Source: Auanema rhodensis
Lineage: Eukaryota; Animalia; Nematoda
Assembly: GCA_964057225.1 (NCBI GenBank)
Contig: OZ059895.1
Coordinates: forward strand, 14,942,001-15,006,000
DNA: 64,000 nucleotides
Direction of reading: 5' to 3'
The position numbers and the translations under genes are program-made. Shown one piece after another: positions 1 through 14,155 of the stretch. A model generated the notes under the pieces. It had not been told where the DNA came from. It saw only the letters and a program-made list of their open reading frames with translations, and ran no database searches. Numbering within the stretch: the stretch's first letter is position 1; the number at the start of each line of letters is the position of its first letter.

Positions 1-21
1 TTATAAACATTTTAACTTTAG

Positions 22-2895
22 GTTGTAGATGGAATTTTCGCTTATATTAATAGACATTGGATCAAAAGAGAAGTTGAAGAAGGAAATAGAGACATATTTC
101 GTTGCTATACGGTTTTTTTTTTCATTTTAAAATTATTTTTATTGATATCTTAATTAGCTTACTCTTGCTATTTGGAAGCAACATCTATTTTTGACACTAA
201 AAGATAGAATCGTTGATGCTGCTCTCGAGCAGATATACAGAGAACGGTCTGGTCAACCTATTCCTAATCAATTAATCAAGGGTGTAGTGGATTCATATGG
301 TAATTTTCAAGTTTTCAAATTTTGCTATATTTTTTGTTGTTCTAGTTGAGTTGGGAATTGAAAATGATCTTAGCGATGCTGATTTCCTTACTGGTGGAGC
401 TCCCAAAGTACCTGATAGTGAAGAAGGAAGATTAACTGTGTATAAGGTTATTTTATTGTTTTCACTTTATATTATTTAAAGATTTTTTCAGACCAAATTC
501 GAAGTAAAATTCTTGCAAGCAACTCGAGATTTTTATGCCCAAGAAGCTTCGCAACATTTCCAAGAAGAAAGACCAGATCAAATCGTAGCATATATGAAAA
601 AGGTTATTTTTTTTTTTTGGTTAATGTTTCACCTTTCTGTTAAGGTTGAGAATAGATTGCTCGAAGAGGAGCAGCGTTGCAATTTATACTTACATCAGTC
701 TACACAGAATAAGCTTGCTAAATGTTTAGAAAAGGTTTGCTTTATCGATTTGTAACGGTTATGAGTTTTTTGTTTTGAAATTTTAGGTTTTAATTGAAAG
801 TCATTTGGATGCGTTCAAGTATGAGTTCCCTATTCTTCTTGAAAACAGACGAGATTCAGATTTAGCAAGAATGTACAAAGTAAAATAACAAATATTTTTA
901 TAATAATTGTTATTTATATCTTTTCTTACAGTTATGCGATCGTGTAGATAATGGTTTGAATGATTTACGGTTGTCTCTGGAACAACATATTGCTAAAGAG
1001 GGATTGAATGCAATTTCTCAAGTTGCTGATGCAGCATCTTCCGTGAGTGTCTGAAACTTTATGATTTTAATGATTATATTATTGTAGGATGCGAAATTGT
1101 ATATATCTACTATTTTGCATGTCCATAAGAGATATGTTGATCTTGTAAGTCATGCTTTCAAAAATGAACCCGGCTTTATTCAAGCTCTTGATAAGGTAAT
1201 TCATCTATTTGCGAAAGAATATAATTCTTTGTGCTTCTAGGCTGCAACCACATTTATCAATAAGAATGCTGTTACCACAAAGGATTGTCCCAACGGAATG
1301 AATGTAAACTCGAATAAAAGTCCTGAATTATTGGCAAAGTGAGTGTTTACTTATTTATTTTCTTAATTGCTATTGTTATCAGATATTGTGATCAGCTTTT
1401 GCGTAAAAGTAGCAAGATGCCAGATGAAATGGAGCTTGAAACTATGCTTGTTGATGTGGTATTTTTATTTTATTTTGTAAACAGGAATTTTAAATTCGTT
1501 TCAGATGGTTGTTTTCAAATATATCGAAGACAAAGATATTTTCTCCAAGTTTTATACAAAGATGTTCAGTAAAAGGTATAACATGACGATCATGTGATAT
1601 TATAATATTTTCTTTCGATAGATTGATAAATGAGATATCAGCAAGTGAAGATGCTGAAATGAGTTTAATTAATAAGCTTAAGCAATCGTGTGGTTTTGAA
1701 TACACTAACCGCATGTCTAAGATGATAAGTGACATTCAACTTAGTAAGGTATCAGTTTCCTTGTTCTGAAATAAACAGTAAACTAATGATCTTAAAGACC
1801 ACTTGTATGGATTTCCGCTGCTCGATGACCGGTGTTGAGCATTTAGATCTTAATATACTTATTTTGAGGTATGATATTTACCAAGTATTTTTAATTTTCC
1901 AATACCTTATAGCACTGGTTCTTGGCCTACTATGAATCCAACATCTTTTCTACTACCTCAGAAACTAAATCAATCAATGGAAGAGTTTAAAAAGTTTTAT
2001 GACGGAAAGCATAATGGCAGAAAACTAACTTGGGTTTGTACTTAGAGCTATAGATTTAATTTAAATATTATATTTTTCAAGATCCTTTCTGTCTCACGCG
2101 GAGAATTATCATGCTCAGCCTTTGGAGCCAAAAAGATTTTCACAGTATGTTGATTTGTTTTAATTTATAGCTCTCGTTCAATGTTTTTTAGTGCACAACG
2201 GCCCAAATGGCAGTTTTAATGTTATTTAATGAATCACTCGAATATACAGTTGGTGCTCTAGTCAAACACTTAAACATGGATCGTAAAGCCCTCTCCATCA
2301 CTTTAAATTCTTTGACAAAGGTAAGATATTCCTTCTATATTAACTTGGTAAAAGGCAAAAATATTTCAGACCGATATTTTGAAAGGATGCGAACCTGGAA
2401 CAAATACAGATTATGAAGACGATCGGGTAGTCTCACTTAATATGGGTTATACTAACAAAAAAATAAAGGTATCTCTCTATTAACTGAGAATAGTGTGCAT
2501 GTTATTTTCACTTTCAGGTCGATATATCCAAATTCGCTATGCGTGTTGATACCAAGCAAGAAAATGAACAAGTTCAAAAGACTGTAGATGAAGATAGGAA
2601 GAGTATAATTTGCGTAAGTTTAACTGATGTTACTCCAGATATTCTTCAATTATGGTTTAGGCGTGCATTGTCCGTATTATGAAGACGAGAAAGACATTAG
2701 TTCATCAGCAGTTAATGACTGAGGTTTTACCTTTTCATAGTTGCTTTTAATGTTTTTTTTCAGGTTTTGCAACAGCTCTCAGTTAGGTTTAAACCTAAGG
2801 TCGAGCTTGTTAAGCGATGTATCGGACAAATGATCGAGAAGGAATACATGCGCAGAAGTGATGGACAACGTGATGTCTACGAATATATCTCATAA
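22..2895 (+). CDS. cul-1: Cullin-1, multi-exon; the 5' end lies outside the window
   Basis: Spliced translation gives FAYINRHWIKRE, KSPELLAKYCDQLLRK, VFKYIEDKDIFSKFYTKMFSKRLI, the neddylation motif ACIVRIMKTRK and the end ...IEKEYMRRSDGQRDVYEYIS*. Stop TAA at 2893-2895. Confidence 0.93.
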
Positions 2896-3255
2896 ACTTG
2901 CAATATTAATTAATTTATCGAGTTTAAGCTTTTAATGCGGTTTTTAATATGTGAACGGTTATGCTCATTGTACAATCAGTTTGGCAATGTGTGAATCTCT
3001 TATTCAAGGAAAGCTATTCCTCACCATAGTACCTTTCCACATAGCAAATTTGTTTTGAACGCATGATTTTCATCCTGACCGGTGTTTTTTTTATATTTTT
3101 TTCTGTTATATCAAATAATTTGTATATTTTAAGCCTAAAAGCATTGTATGTGCACGACATGATATAACATAATATTGTAATCAATATTTATATATTCTCG
3201 GCGGTTATGTCATACCAAAAATTACCGTTAGCTTCTAATTATTGTATGATCAGTT

Positions 3256-3256
<1 letters not shown>

Positions 3257-3289
<33 letters not shown>

Positions 3290-3293
3290 TATA
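3257..3293. repeat. (TA)n microsatellite, interrupted
   Basis: Read directly from the sequence. Confidence 0.9.
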
Positions 3294-3905
3294 AACATGT
3301 TGGACTATCTTCTGCTTCAATTGTACTTTTTTATCTCGTTCTATTTCCTAGTAGCTTGCACCGCATCTGGCCATGTGGTACATCTGCTGACCCCAAAGGA
3401 AGTATTCTGATCAACAATTCTACATCTGTTCCCGTTTATTTTGATTTTTTTTGGCCCTACAATCAAATTTTTTTGATAATTTGTATCATTTCATGAGCTA
3501 GATGTATATCGCATAATCATTATTCATTTTAGTTTTACGTGTACTGTTCCTTTCGAACTTAATGTCATCTGTGTGTGTGTGTGTTCTACTACTGTGACTT
3601 ATGAAAATTTTGAATTTATTCATCTTTTTTTTATTGAAATACATATATGCAAGCAGTGTCTATATTTCTGATACTTTATTTCATTTTTTATGATTTAAAA
3701 GTGTAAATCTTTATTTTGAGATTGCTGTCATTACACTGCCTTCACGTATATTTCACGTCATTTTCGTTTCGAACAGTTGCGCGTCCCGGTTGTGTTCGGC
3801 AGCAGAGCAATGTTGCACTATTTAAAATATCGGAATAAGACCTATTCAATTGTTCTTGCTTCGTTTTAATTATTTTTTACGTAAATTTATGCAACAATCT
3901 TCAGA

Positions 3906-6138
3906 ATGCTGCTGTTGCTGCTGCTGGTGGGAAATTTAATCAGTAGCTCAAATTGTCTTTTCCCGGGAGCACAACCCGATGAAGGTGATGTAAGGCATCT
4001 CTATCCATTGCGACAGATAGTGGTAAGTTTTGATGTTTTTCCTCTATAGGTATCTTTATAATAGAAAGGTTTATAAAAGTTTTCGTTTTTGTTTGAATTG
4101 ATTTGAATTTTTATCTAAAATTGAGTATTTGAATATGATTACTCTTTATATTCAACACATTTTAGATTGGATTAAAAGATCATGCTTATTCATTGCCATA
4201 TATGCTAGGATGGCTCGAAAACATAGATTATCCGAAGCAAAGACTAAATGTTGAATTCTACTTATCTGGATCAGTGGAAGCTGCATCAAACCAACTTTCA
4301 TGGTAAAACTTGAATTTTAATATTTGTATAAAAATAAATTTGTTTTTTCAGGTGGCAAGAATCTGTTAAAGGCTTATTCAGATCTATAGTAATAAAGATT
4401 GATGAGGAAGATTGGCTAGAGAGTGGTTTACGCTCAGCTCGAATGAAAAAGATGGCTTCCATTTTGATCCTATCTGGTAATACTATCCCTCGTGAATTCA
4501 AACTTCTCCAGGTTTGTCATCGCTTTTAGTTTTTAATATCATTCTTTGCGTGATTCCAGCATTTAAGTTTGAATAAAACTGATGTAATCCTTTGTCCTTT
4601 GTTTTCTCCATCAATAGAGGGAGAGATATGGAATAATCCTATTGTTACGCAAGATAATATAGCAAAGCTTGAAAACATTCAACAGGTACATTTTTGTTTA
4701 TCTTAGATTTCTCAAAAGTTGTTAAATGCTTTGATCTTTTTCAGATTGACAAGGTTTCTCTGCCATTATTTATGAATTTGCAAACAATCGATGCCTCATA
4801 TTTAACTTTTGATTCAAATAATATTCCCAACTATAGTGGAAGTAATGATTATGTGGACGTATTGCTTTATTTATATTTCAAATTAAAAAGCGTATCTTTT
4901 AGGTTTTTCATGCATCGGCTTCAAAGATGGGAATTAAAATCCTTCTTGATAGCGCTAAGTATTATGGGGTTTTCATTGACGACAATTTAGGAATTGAAGA
5001 ACAGGCGATAATTGTCACTTTTCTTTATACTCTAGAGTATTTACTTATGAATTTTAGCTAAAGTATCATCTGTGTGACTTAGTAGCAAGTAGCCTTCCCC
5101 TTCCTCCTGTTTCACATTCAGTTAGACCTTGGACTCCAGAACCACAATTGCCTAAGAATATTGACAAGTGACTCCTGTTGCTAGGTTATAGATATACATT
5201 CATTTTTAGAGTTTACTTGATAAATCTGAAACGTAGAGAAGATCGTTTTAAACGAATGGACCAGATATTTAGTATTTTGGGTTAGTCTCCATGCAGATGA
5301 AAATAATATTTTAGTTAAATTTTTTATAGGCATTGAATATTCTTTGTTAGAAGCTTCTGATGGAAAAAACTTAGGAGACGATTTCAGTTATAACATTCTT
5401 CCCGGCTATTTAGATCCATTCCATAAGCGTCCAATAAAGTCTGGTGAAGTGGGCTGTTTCTTGAGCCATTATAGGTTTGTTTGTTTTTTCAATTTCTCTC
5501 ATCTATTCAAATAAATTAAATATTTTCAGAATTTGGCAAAATGTTGTAGATCAGGGATTGAAACAAGTACTGGTATTCGAAGACGATCTTCGCTTCTCAT
5601 TGAACGGAATTGAACATGTACGGCTTCGTTATATCCTTCTTCATTAATCCCAACCGTTGTTAGATTGTGGAGGTACTGGAGGATCTGGAGGCTTCTAAGC
5701 TAGAATGGGATTTAATATATGTTGGAAGGAAGAAGCAGTCGATCGATGAACAAGAGCTGTGGGTACCAGAACACCGCCACCTCAGCACTGTAGAATACTC
5801 GTATTGGACTTTGGGCTATCTGTTATCACAATCCGGAGCCAAAAAATTACTTGAGGCTAAGCCCCTGGCTAATCTTCTTCCTGTGGACGAATACATCCCC
5901 ATCATGTTCGATAGACATCCAAATGAGGTTTGTGATTTTGCTTAAGAACTATTATCCCTGACGTCTTATCTTTTAGGAATGGAAATCTTTCTTTCCACAA
6001 AGAAATCTCAAGGCTTATACATTATTTCCTTTGTCAGTTACTCCTCAGCGTTATACAACGGATGTAGGATATGTTAGTGATACAGAAGATTCTGTAATTA
6101 TTTCAACTGAATTGCCAACAACTAGGGACGAACTCTAA
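3906..6138 (+). CDS. Glycosyltransferase family 25 (procollagen galactosyltransferase COLGALT-like), multi-exon
   Basis: Signal-like start MLLLLLLVG after ttcag. Motifs LGWLENIDYPK, YLINLKRREDR, GYLDPFHKRPIKSGEVGCFLSHY, VFEDDLRF, WDLIYVGRK, YSYWTLGY, LLPVDEYIPIM. Ends in TRDEL* (ER-retrieval signal). Confidence 0.9.
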
Positions 6139-6740
6139 TTTATTATTTCTTGATGTTCAACATCTATTGTTAATTGATTCCTACTTAAATTTGTTACTGT
6201 ATTCTCACTCTCCAATTAATGTTGATGCTTTACTATGCCATAATTTGATATCTTTATTAGATTGTAATCTCCATAATTTTGATCTTTTCTATACACGCAA
6301 TGGTGCACGCTTCATTCTACATTGGGTTTTATACTTGCCTTAATATAAACTTGTGATTTTGCTTTAATAATAGTATCGTTTTAAGTTTATAAACATCTAA
6401 AGATTTCGTTTATTGAAATTTATGACGTGCAGGTTTAACAGCCTACTTATTTAGAATGTCATAGCAACTGGTATATACTTGGTTAACATAACATAATTCT
6501 TTTTATTCGGAATTAAGCGTATATAATGTATATATGGCTTTGTAGTTTGGATTGCGTGTTATTGTTGTTATGCTTTCGTTTTGTTTTTTATTAATTTGTT
6601 TTGAAAGATTTGTTTTGAGTTTTTTTAATCTTTAGCGCGCTTACATTACATGCAATATCTACGGTCTCGTTTTGAACCCTCTCTTGAGTTTATATTAAGC
6701 CTTTGTCGATATCTTACAATTTTCCTTCAGATTGTTCTGT

Positions 6741-9475
6741 ATGGGTGGGTGTGTTTCCAGGCCGTTAATCGAAATACAAGTAGGGAATGTTCATTTTTAC
6801 ACCAAAAGTATTATAAATGAAGGAGGATTTGGAATAGTATGTTTAACATATTTACAACTTTTTTCATAACTAAGTTTGTTTAGGTTTATCATGTGGAAGA
6901 GAGGAAAACATCAGAAAGTTTAGCAGTTAAAGTTATATCAACTAAAAATGATGAAAACTTAATTAGCAAGGTTAGGTATGAGGTATGTACAATTATTTAT
7001 ATAAAGAAGATGACATTGTCTTTCAGATAGGAATGTTAAAAAATTTTAGACATACAAAAGAGATAATTCATTTGATAGCTGTTGATTATAATGCTGACGG
7101 AGATTACTTCCTCGTTTTCCCCTATTTCCCTCGTGGCTCTTTAGCTGATCTATTGATAGACTTTCGTAAGTTCAATCTAAGACTAACCACAGAAAGAGTA
7201 TGTTATGAGGTTCGTGAGGTAATGGTTTGTAATTGTTTTTCAGATTATATTCTTCCTCAGTCATATCATTAACGGACTTATATGGCTACACACACTGGGC
7301 TATATTCATCGTGATCTTAAGCCTGCTAACTTTGTACTAAATGAGAAAGATCATGTTGTGATTATAGACTTAGGTTCTGTGATGAGGTTAATTCTTACTT
7401 GTTCATCTTCAACTGTTTTTTTGTATTTTAGAAAAAATATTATTATTGGAAATAATAAGGAACGTGACCGACTAATCGATGAATGTAATGAAAAATGCTC
7501 TTTGTTGTATAGGTATTTAAAGTTTCCCACAACACAGTTCTTGTGTTCGTTTAGGCCCCCAGAGTTATTTACATGTGAATTAGGATCCTATATAACGGAA
7601 AAGGTTGACATCTGGGTATGTTTTCCATTTATATATTAAAATATATAATTATATGTTGTAGATGCTTGGTTGTTGTATATATGAATTCATTTACAATCGC
7701 AGTCCTATGGAAGCCGTTCACGCATCTGGTAATAGTGTTGCTCTAGCTGCATTAAGTCCAGAGCGTTTTCCATATTCAAATGATCATTGGTGTGTTTCCT
7801 CTAGGTTTTTTGCTTAATATTTTGTTTTTTAAGTACGGATGATACAATGCTGGACATTGTTAGGCGAATGCTAAAATCTGAACCTGGAAAACGAATGTCT
7901 CTGCGACAGTTGAGAGACACTGTGAATAATATTCAACGATTTGAGCCTGAAGAACAAACTCTTCATTGTTTGCGTGGTGATGGTCCGGTATCGGATTTCA
8001 AGGAACCTGCTCCATTTATTAACGAAGATGGCAGTTTTCTGCCATCGGTTCCTGAGCAGGAAGAAGGCACTCCCAGTGAAGTGTCTAGTGATAGCTTTGG
8101 AGATTACGTTTATTCTTACGAATCAAAACATAACGTAACTGGCTGTGAAATTGGAGAAGATGAAGATTCTGATAATGGAAGTGATGGCGAGAAGGAACCA
8201 CCGCCACCCATAACACCTCGAGGACCTGTGCCATTTAATCCCATGCGATTTTATATCAAACAAGCTGCGGATCGTTGCCGTAATAAATACAAAAAAAAAT
8301 TTGCCAATGCTCAAAAAATGGGCATTGTCAAGGAGGAACCGGAAGATTCTTCGAAAACTCCAACATCCGTTGGTTCTCCTATGTCTGTTCCAAGAACGTC
8401 GTATGACCCAGATGATTTCAAGCCATGCTCGCGGGGATCTGGCCGTGATTTTGACTACTTTTATCTTCCTCCACGGGGTAAACCGACTTTGTCAAATACT
8501 GTTCCAGAAAAAGGTCAGTTGCAATCCAAACAGTCACGAAGCTTAGATACTGAACCACAAGTTCAGTTTTCTGCTCGTTTTATTGAGAACTATTTGTATT
8601 TCAAACAAAATGGCTTCTGTATTCCTATGGACAACCTACCTTGTACAGCACATTCTCCAGAGCCTGAAGACTCACCAAATGATACTTATCAGAATTTACA
8701 TTCAACTTCTCCGATTGGTTCATCTCCTAAAGGTCGAAGAAGCTCAAATCCCGATGCTTCCTCTCCACAAAGAATCCAATCAACATCTCCTAACAATTCT
8801 AGTCCTAATTCTCCTAACCCTCGGAAGAAGTACACTGAGCCTCGACCTTCACCATATCATTACTTGCCTTTCGAGCCATGGTCCACTGGAACAGTCTCCC
8901 CTAGTGAACAGAAAGCTTACTTCGATGCACATTCAGAAACATTTGAAGTTACTTCACCTATTGGGAATAGAACAGAGCAAAGTCGACCGAATCGAGAGGC
9001 AAGCAAACAACAGAAAAAGGAGCATAAAGGCTATCATGATCCATTCTTAATGCTGGAACCTCCACCCAGAAAACCAGATCCTGAAATTCCGTTGATCTGT
9101 AACATCCGAGAAGTTATTGATAGACCTGATTCTCCGTTTGTTCTTTGGCGTCAATGTCGCGCAGACAAAACACGGATGACAAAACGTAAAGTTGATGAAA
9201 CTTTACGGCAAGTACTTTCACCAGTAACTAATCGGGACGATAAAGCATCTCCGAAACCTTCACCACGTCGAGCTACTCCTTCGAAAACGAACAATGAAAC
9301 TACTTACTCTTCTAAGAAGGGTAACATATCAATAGATCCTAAGGATCATCTATCAGAGATACCTGATACACTGCCCGGTCTGTATGAGGATAGTGATGAT
9401 GATGACATCTCAACTGATTCCGATTCATCAACGTTTAAACCGAGAGAAGGCGGTAGCAATGTACCTTATGCATGA
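6741..9475 (+). CDS. NAK-family Ser/Thr kinase (STK16/MPSK-like) with a ~500-aa low-complexity C-terminal extension
   Basis: N-terminus MGGCVS (myristoylation/palmitoylation-like), then EGGFG, AVK, HRDLKPAN, DLGS, NEKCSLLYRPPEL, KVDIWMLGC. The last exon is the 542-aa ORF at 7847-9475. Confidence 0.85.
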
Positions 9476-12307
9476 TTACTAATCCATTTTTACTAACATA
9501 TGCCACATAGAAACAATCTGTTTTATCCGTATTTATAAATGTAAATATGTTCTTATATATTTATCATTTTTTTTCTTCGGTCGTGATGTACATTAACGAG
9601 GTATTTTAACTATAATTCACTTAATTATATTAATTGTAAGTATTTATAATAACTAATTTGTAATTATTTCATTATACTTGTATATTTCGTTATAAGACTC
9701 ATTTGTTTTATAAACATAGTTTCATAACATTATCATGTTATCTATAAACAATTTACATTTTACCACTTGAATATAATACGAATAATTGACAACTATTAAG
9801 TATGCCAAAAACCGCAATATTTACAGTCCTAATTTTGAATATCATGCCTAATAAACTAAAAGGGTTAGATTAGGGATCGCACCTAAGGGTTCTTCCATTT
9901 TTCTGATCAGCCACATATAGGACCCTTTCCCGCATTTTTTTTTTTTTGGAATAGCTAATCTAGAGGATTAGCAATACGTACGAGAACTGAACTTGTTGAA
10001 ACATAATTTCTTTTTTTTTTCAATCACGCCTGTTTTATTTTTCATTCTCTCTATACTGAGATGAATTCAGAAAAAGAGAAATTGAAAATGAGAAAATGAT
10101 TACAGAAATAGTTATCTAAACATAACATTTTTATTCTCTTACACTTAAGTCTGTTGACGTAGGTATGAACTTGTATATGCAAAAATTATACTTGGGCTTG
10201 GAGTTAAACTGAAAAAAAGCGATTAAAAATTAAAGAAAATTGATTAAAACACAAAAAAAAATTTTAGACAACTAAATAACTAAAAACGGTCAGATTTATT
10301 CAACTCACAATTTTACTCGAACTTAAATATTTCCGCTAAAAATTAAAAAAAAAAGAGGGAAAGCACTATATTCTACCACTCCGTATAGTGGAATCGGAAG
10401 ATTTCCAAAATTGTTGTAAAAGCAGCTACGTCATTCCGAGCTGTAAGAAGCTGGCAACGTTATTATCAAGATGAACAAAAATTGGAAGACATTATAGTTA
10501 GAAGCATACTACTTAACTTATAATATTATATATTAATTATTAATTATATTTATAATTCTGTTTACGTTGCATCAATTTGCATTCAGATGTGGTTTATGGG
10601 AATTTCAAAATTAAAATGTGATTACGTGAAATTCACGTGAATTTCACGTGAAACTTACCTCTCTCACGCATTAAAATGATCGCGATGTGTTGTTTACAGC
10701 TTTCTACATTATTCTATTTATTGTTTACAAAATTTACAAACTTGTATTATGTCTTTGTTTATTATTAAAATATATAAAAGTTACTTTTCGAAATATATTT
10801 TGTATTCCTTTGATAATATATCAAATTAAATATGTTATTTATAATAAAAATTAAAATACAATGTTAATTTTCACATTCAATATTTCTTTTTGTATTTCTG
10901 TAATATGAACAGAAAACAAAACGAACAAGTAGGCGGAGCTAGTGTAGAAGAAGAAAGCATAGTTATTTAATATTCTTCTTCTCACATGGCACCAAAGTAC
11001 ATATTTGAACAGGTTCATCTCATATAGTTAGCTATGCAATTTTATATAAATTACTGACGATTATAGCTTTTTTTTATTTTAAAAGTTGTCATCAATGTCC
11101 ACCTGTTCATTCAACCTGTTACTACAACTGGAAATTTCGTCCTCTGGGTATAACATCAAACTATATACGTATAATATATAAATAATAATTTAAAGTTACA
11201 TATATTATCAATATGTTATCATTTTCTATCCATGGAGTACAAAATAAAATAGCTTAAAACACCCAGATTATAGATTACTTTCTTTGAAATGACTGAAAAG
11301 ATTCTGTTCAGTTTTAACTATAGGAATCTCTCAGATTTTCTAATCAACTTTGAACGTTCCAAGTGCTCAAATGCCAATTGTGATACCTTTAACAACTTCA
11401 ACAACACATAGTTAATTCGATATAAGATTATGATTAATGAATAAATTTGAAATATATACCTTGTCATATCATAATGCTGTCCATCGAGCATTTTTGATAT
11501 TTGTTCGTAAACCAAATGAATGAAAGATGCTGCAGAAGTTAATGACTTCAAATTAATCGCATTTCTAATCATTAATCAAGAATCAGAATAACATCAGAAT
11601 ACTGTATTGATGTAAGTTTCTGTTCACAAAATAGAAGTGATAATCATAGAAATAATAGCTCATTTACATTCAAACACCCTGTGACAAATGGTAAAGTTTC
11701 ATGATATGACGGTTATAAACGATCGAGTTTGCATTCTATAAGCAGCTTTCTCGGGTTGATTTCAATGTTGGCTTAACCTTCAGAAGTTAACTCAGTAATC
11801 ACCAACAAAAAAAGATTTATTTAAACGATAATAATGATATGAAATACTTTGATTTGAATGAAGAGAGGTGGAAGAAAACTGATAAGAAACGTTTGTTCTT
11901 AAAAATTATTCAAATAATATAATAAATATAATAAACATGAACATGATCATGATCATAAACATAATATTCATATCATTATTATTATTATAAACTATAATTT
12001 GTTTTTTTCTTTATTATTAGCTATCAAAGCATGAATACAATTCGAAAATTTTAACGAATGTATTGTTTTTTCGGTTTAAATGTATTATATAATATATAAT
12101 TTGTTTATTTTTACAATTATAATTATAATTATTGGGTTTTTTGTTTTAATTATTGAAAGAAAATCTAAGATTCAGTGATTATGAACTGTTTATACTATAA
12201 GTTTTTCAATAGAACTCATTTTTTGCTTTGATCTTTGCCGATATCACATTCCAGCCTTTTTTTTTTAAATTGAAACTATTTCAGTTAAGTTTTATTATAT
12301 TACTGAT

Positions 12308-14155
12308 ATGTGTATAACATTGGAAATGGGAAATGCGAACCTATATGTATTTTTACAATATTTAATATTTTCCATAAACTTTCTTTTATCTATGTTATCA
12401 TTATATATAATAATTTACTATTCACCATCTCTATTATCTTCTTACAAAAAGTTTTTAATTTGTCATCTCATATGGTTAGTTTATTATACAAATTATTCCT
12501 TTTAAAATCCATATAATCATGATTTTAAGCTTTATACTCCAAGATTTTGTCATTGGAGTTTGTATAGCTTTTGTTTTTTATCCTGATATTCACGGTCTCC
12601 GTCAGACAGGGCTGGCATCATTTTTGGGAATTAATGTTAAACATATCTTTTATGTGGGAGCAAGCTTGACATTAGGTATATGAAATATGGTCAAGTTGCT
12701 CTTAAGCTTAACGAATTGTTACAGAAGTTATAGGTATATACACGCATATGCTAATATTTCGAACCAGAGCTATTATCACACACTCACATCCATTATATTT
12801 CAATAAATTTGGTCATTATATGACAATAGCATTTGCACATAGTCTTTGGATAATCGTTTGTGCTTATGTTCATTATGTGTTAACTACTGGATTTCAAGAA
12901 CGATATATACAGTTAAAAGTAAATTTATATATTAAAGTTGTTAAATTTACTTTGGTGTATCTCATATTTTCGATTTTTGACTAAAATCAACTTAAGCAAT
13001 ATGATAATTTATCGATTTTTGACTAAAATCAACTTGAGCAATATGATAATTTATCGATTTTTGACTAAAATCAACTTAAGCAATATGATAATTTATCGAT
13101 TTTTGACTAAAATCAACTTAAGCAATATGATAATTTATCGATTTTTGACTAAAATCAACTTAAGCAATATGATAATTTATCGATTTTTGACTAAAATCAA
13201 CTTAAGCAATATGATAATTTATCGATTTTTGACTAAAATCAACTTAAGCAATATGATAATTTATCGATTTTTGACTAAAATCAACTTAAGCAATATGATA
13301 ATTTATCGATTTTTGACTAAAATCAACTTAAGCAATATGATAATTTATCGATTTTTGACTAAAATCCTGAACTGAAATTCACTTAGTATGAAAAAAAGCA
13401 GAATAGTTTCAATTTTTTTCTTGAACCATTCTTGAAATATTCGATTTCTGACTGAGTCGACTTGAGCAATAGCACTGATTTATCAAATCTGTCTAAATCT
13501 ATATTCGGTAGTGACCAACTTTAATATATATCAAATCATCCGAATACATAATTTATGTAAAATTTTAGAATGATAACATATGTCAGCATAGTTATGCTTC
13601 AATACTAATGAATAATGATGTTATGATTGTACCTAAGAATCTCAGTGGCTTTGTAAGAATACGTTATATAATGGCATTTTTCGTTATCGCACAATGGATA
13701 ATTATATTTGCTGTCTCCTTACAGTCACTGTATTCATCTCGCACTGCTCTATCAGCTCGAACACGCAAACTTCAGAAATCTCTGCTATGGATCCTGTTCT
13801 TTCAAGTTTTCTAACATTCTCAATATTCTCTTCAATTCAAGCAGCACATTCTTCAGATTATGATACCGTTGCAGTTAATGGTTGTACCTATTGTCACACT
13901 ATTTCTTATCAGATCAGCTATCTATGGAATCGTTGCTATGCTTGTGTTTTCCACGCATGGCATAGCCAATACTCTTGTTCTGCTGTTAGGACACCGTGAA
14001 TACAGAAAAGCTCTTCTTAAACTAGTTAACAGTTACTTCAAAAAGCCAAGTTCATATTATTTAGAAATGTTTTTATTTACAAAAATTATTATTTAGATTT
14101 AATAGTAATTCCGAATGAAAATACTCTTAAGCCATCACTGAATCTTCAATTATGA
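12308..14155 (+). CDS. Serpentine chemoreceptor, Srh/Sri-like 7TM GPCR, multi-exon
   Basis: Hydrophobic exons with FRTRAI, SARTRKLQKSLLWILFFQ and HGIANTLVLLLGHREYRK, typical of the Srh family. The last exon is inferred. Confidence 0.8.
12971..13366. repeat. 42-bp tandem minisatellite (9 full copies plus a partial) in the chemoreceptor intron
   Basis: Unit cgatttttgactaaaatcaacttaagcaatatgataatttat. It produces the spurious (RFLTKINLSNMIIY)n ORF. A degenerate extra copy lies at ~13441-13485. Confidence 0.97.

Noticed and set aside
7941-9050. Overlapping alternative-frame ORFs in the kinase tail
   Set aside because: Shadow frames of the 542-aa exon with no recognisable motifs.
12938-13375. 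145-aa repetitive ORF, or a CRISPR-like array
   Set aside because: It is a pure 42-bp tandem repeat with no unique spacers, inside a eukaryotic intron; the ORF exists only because the unit length is divisible by 3.
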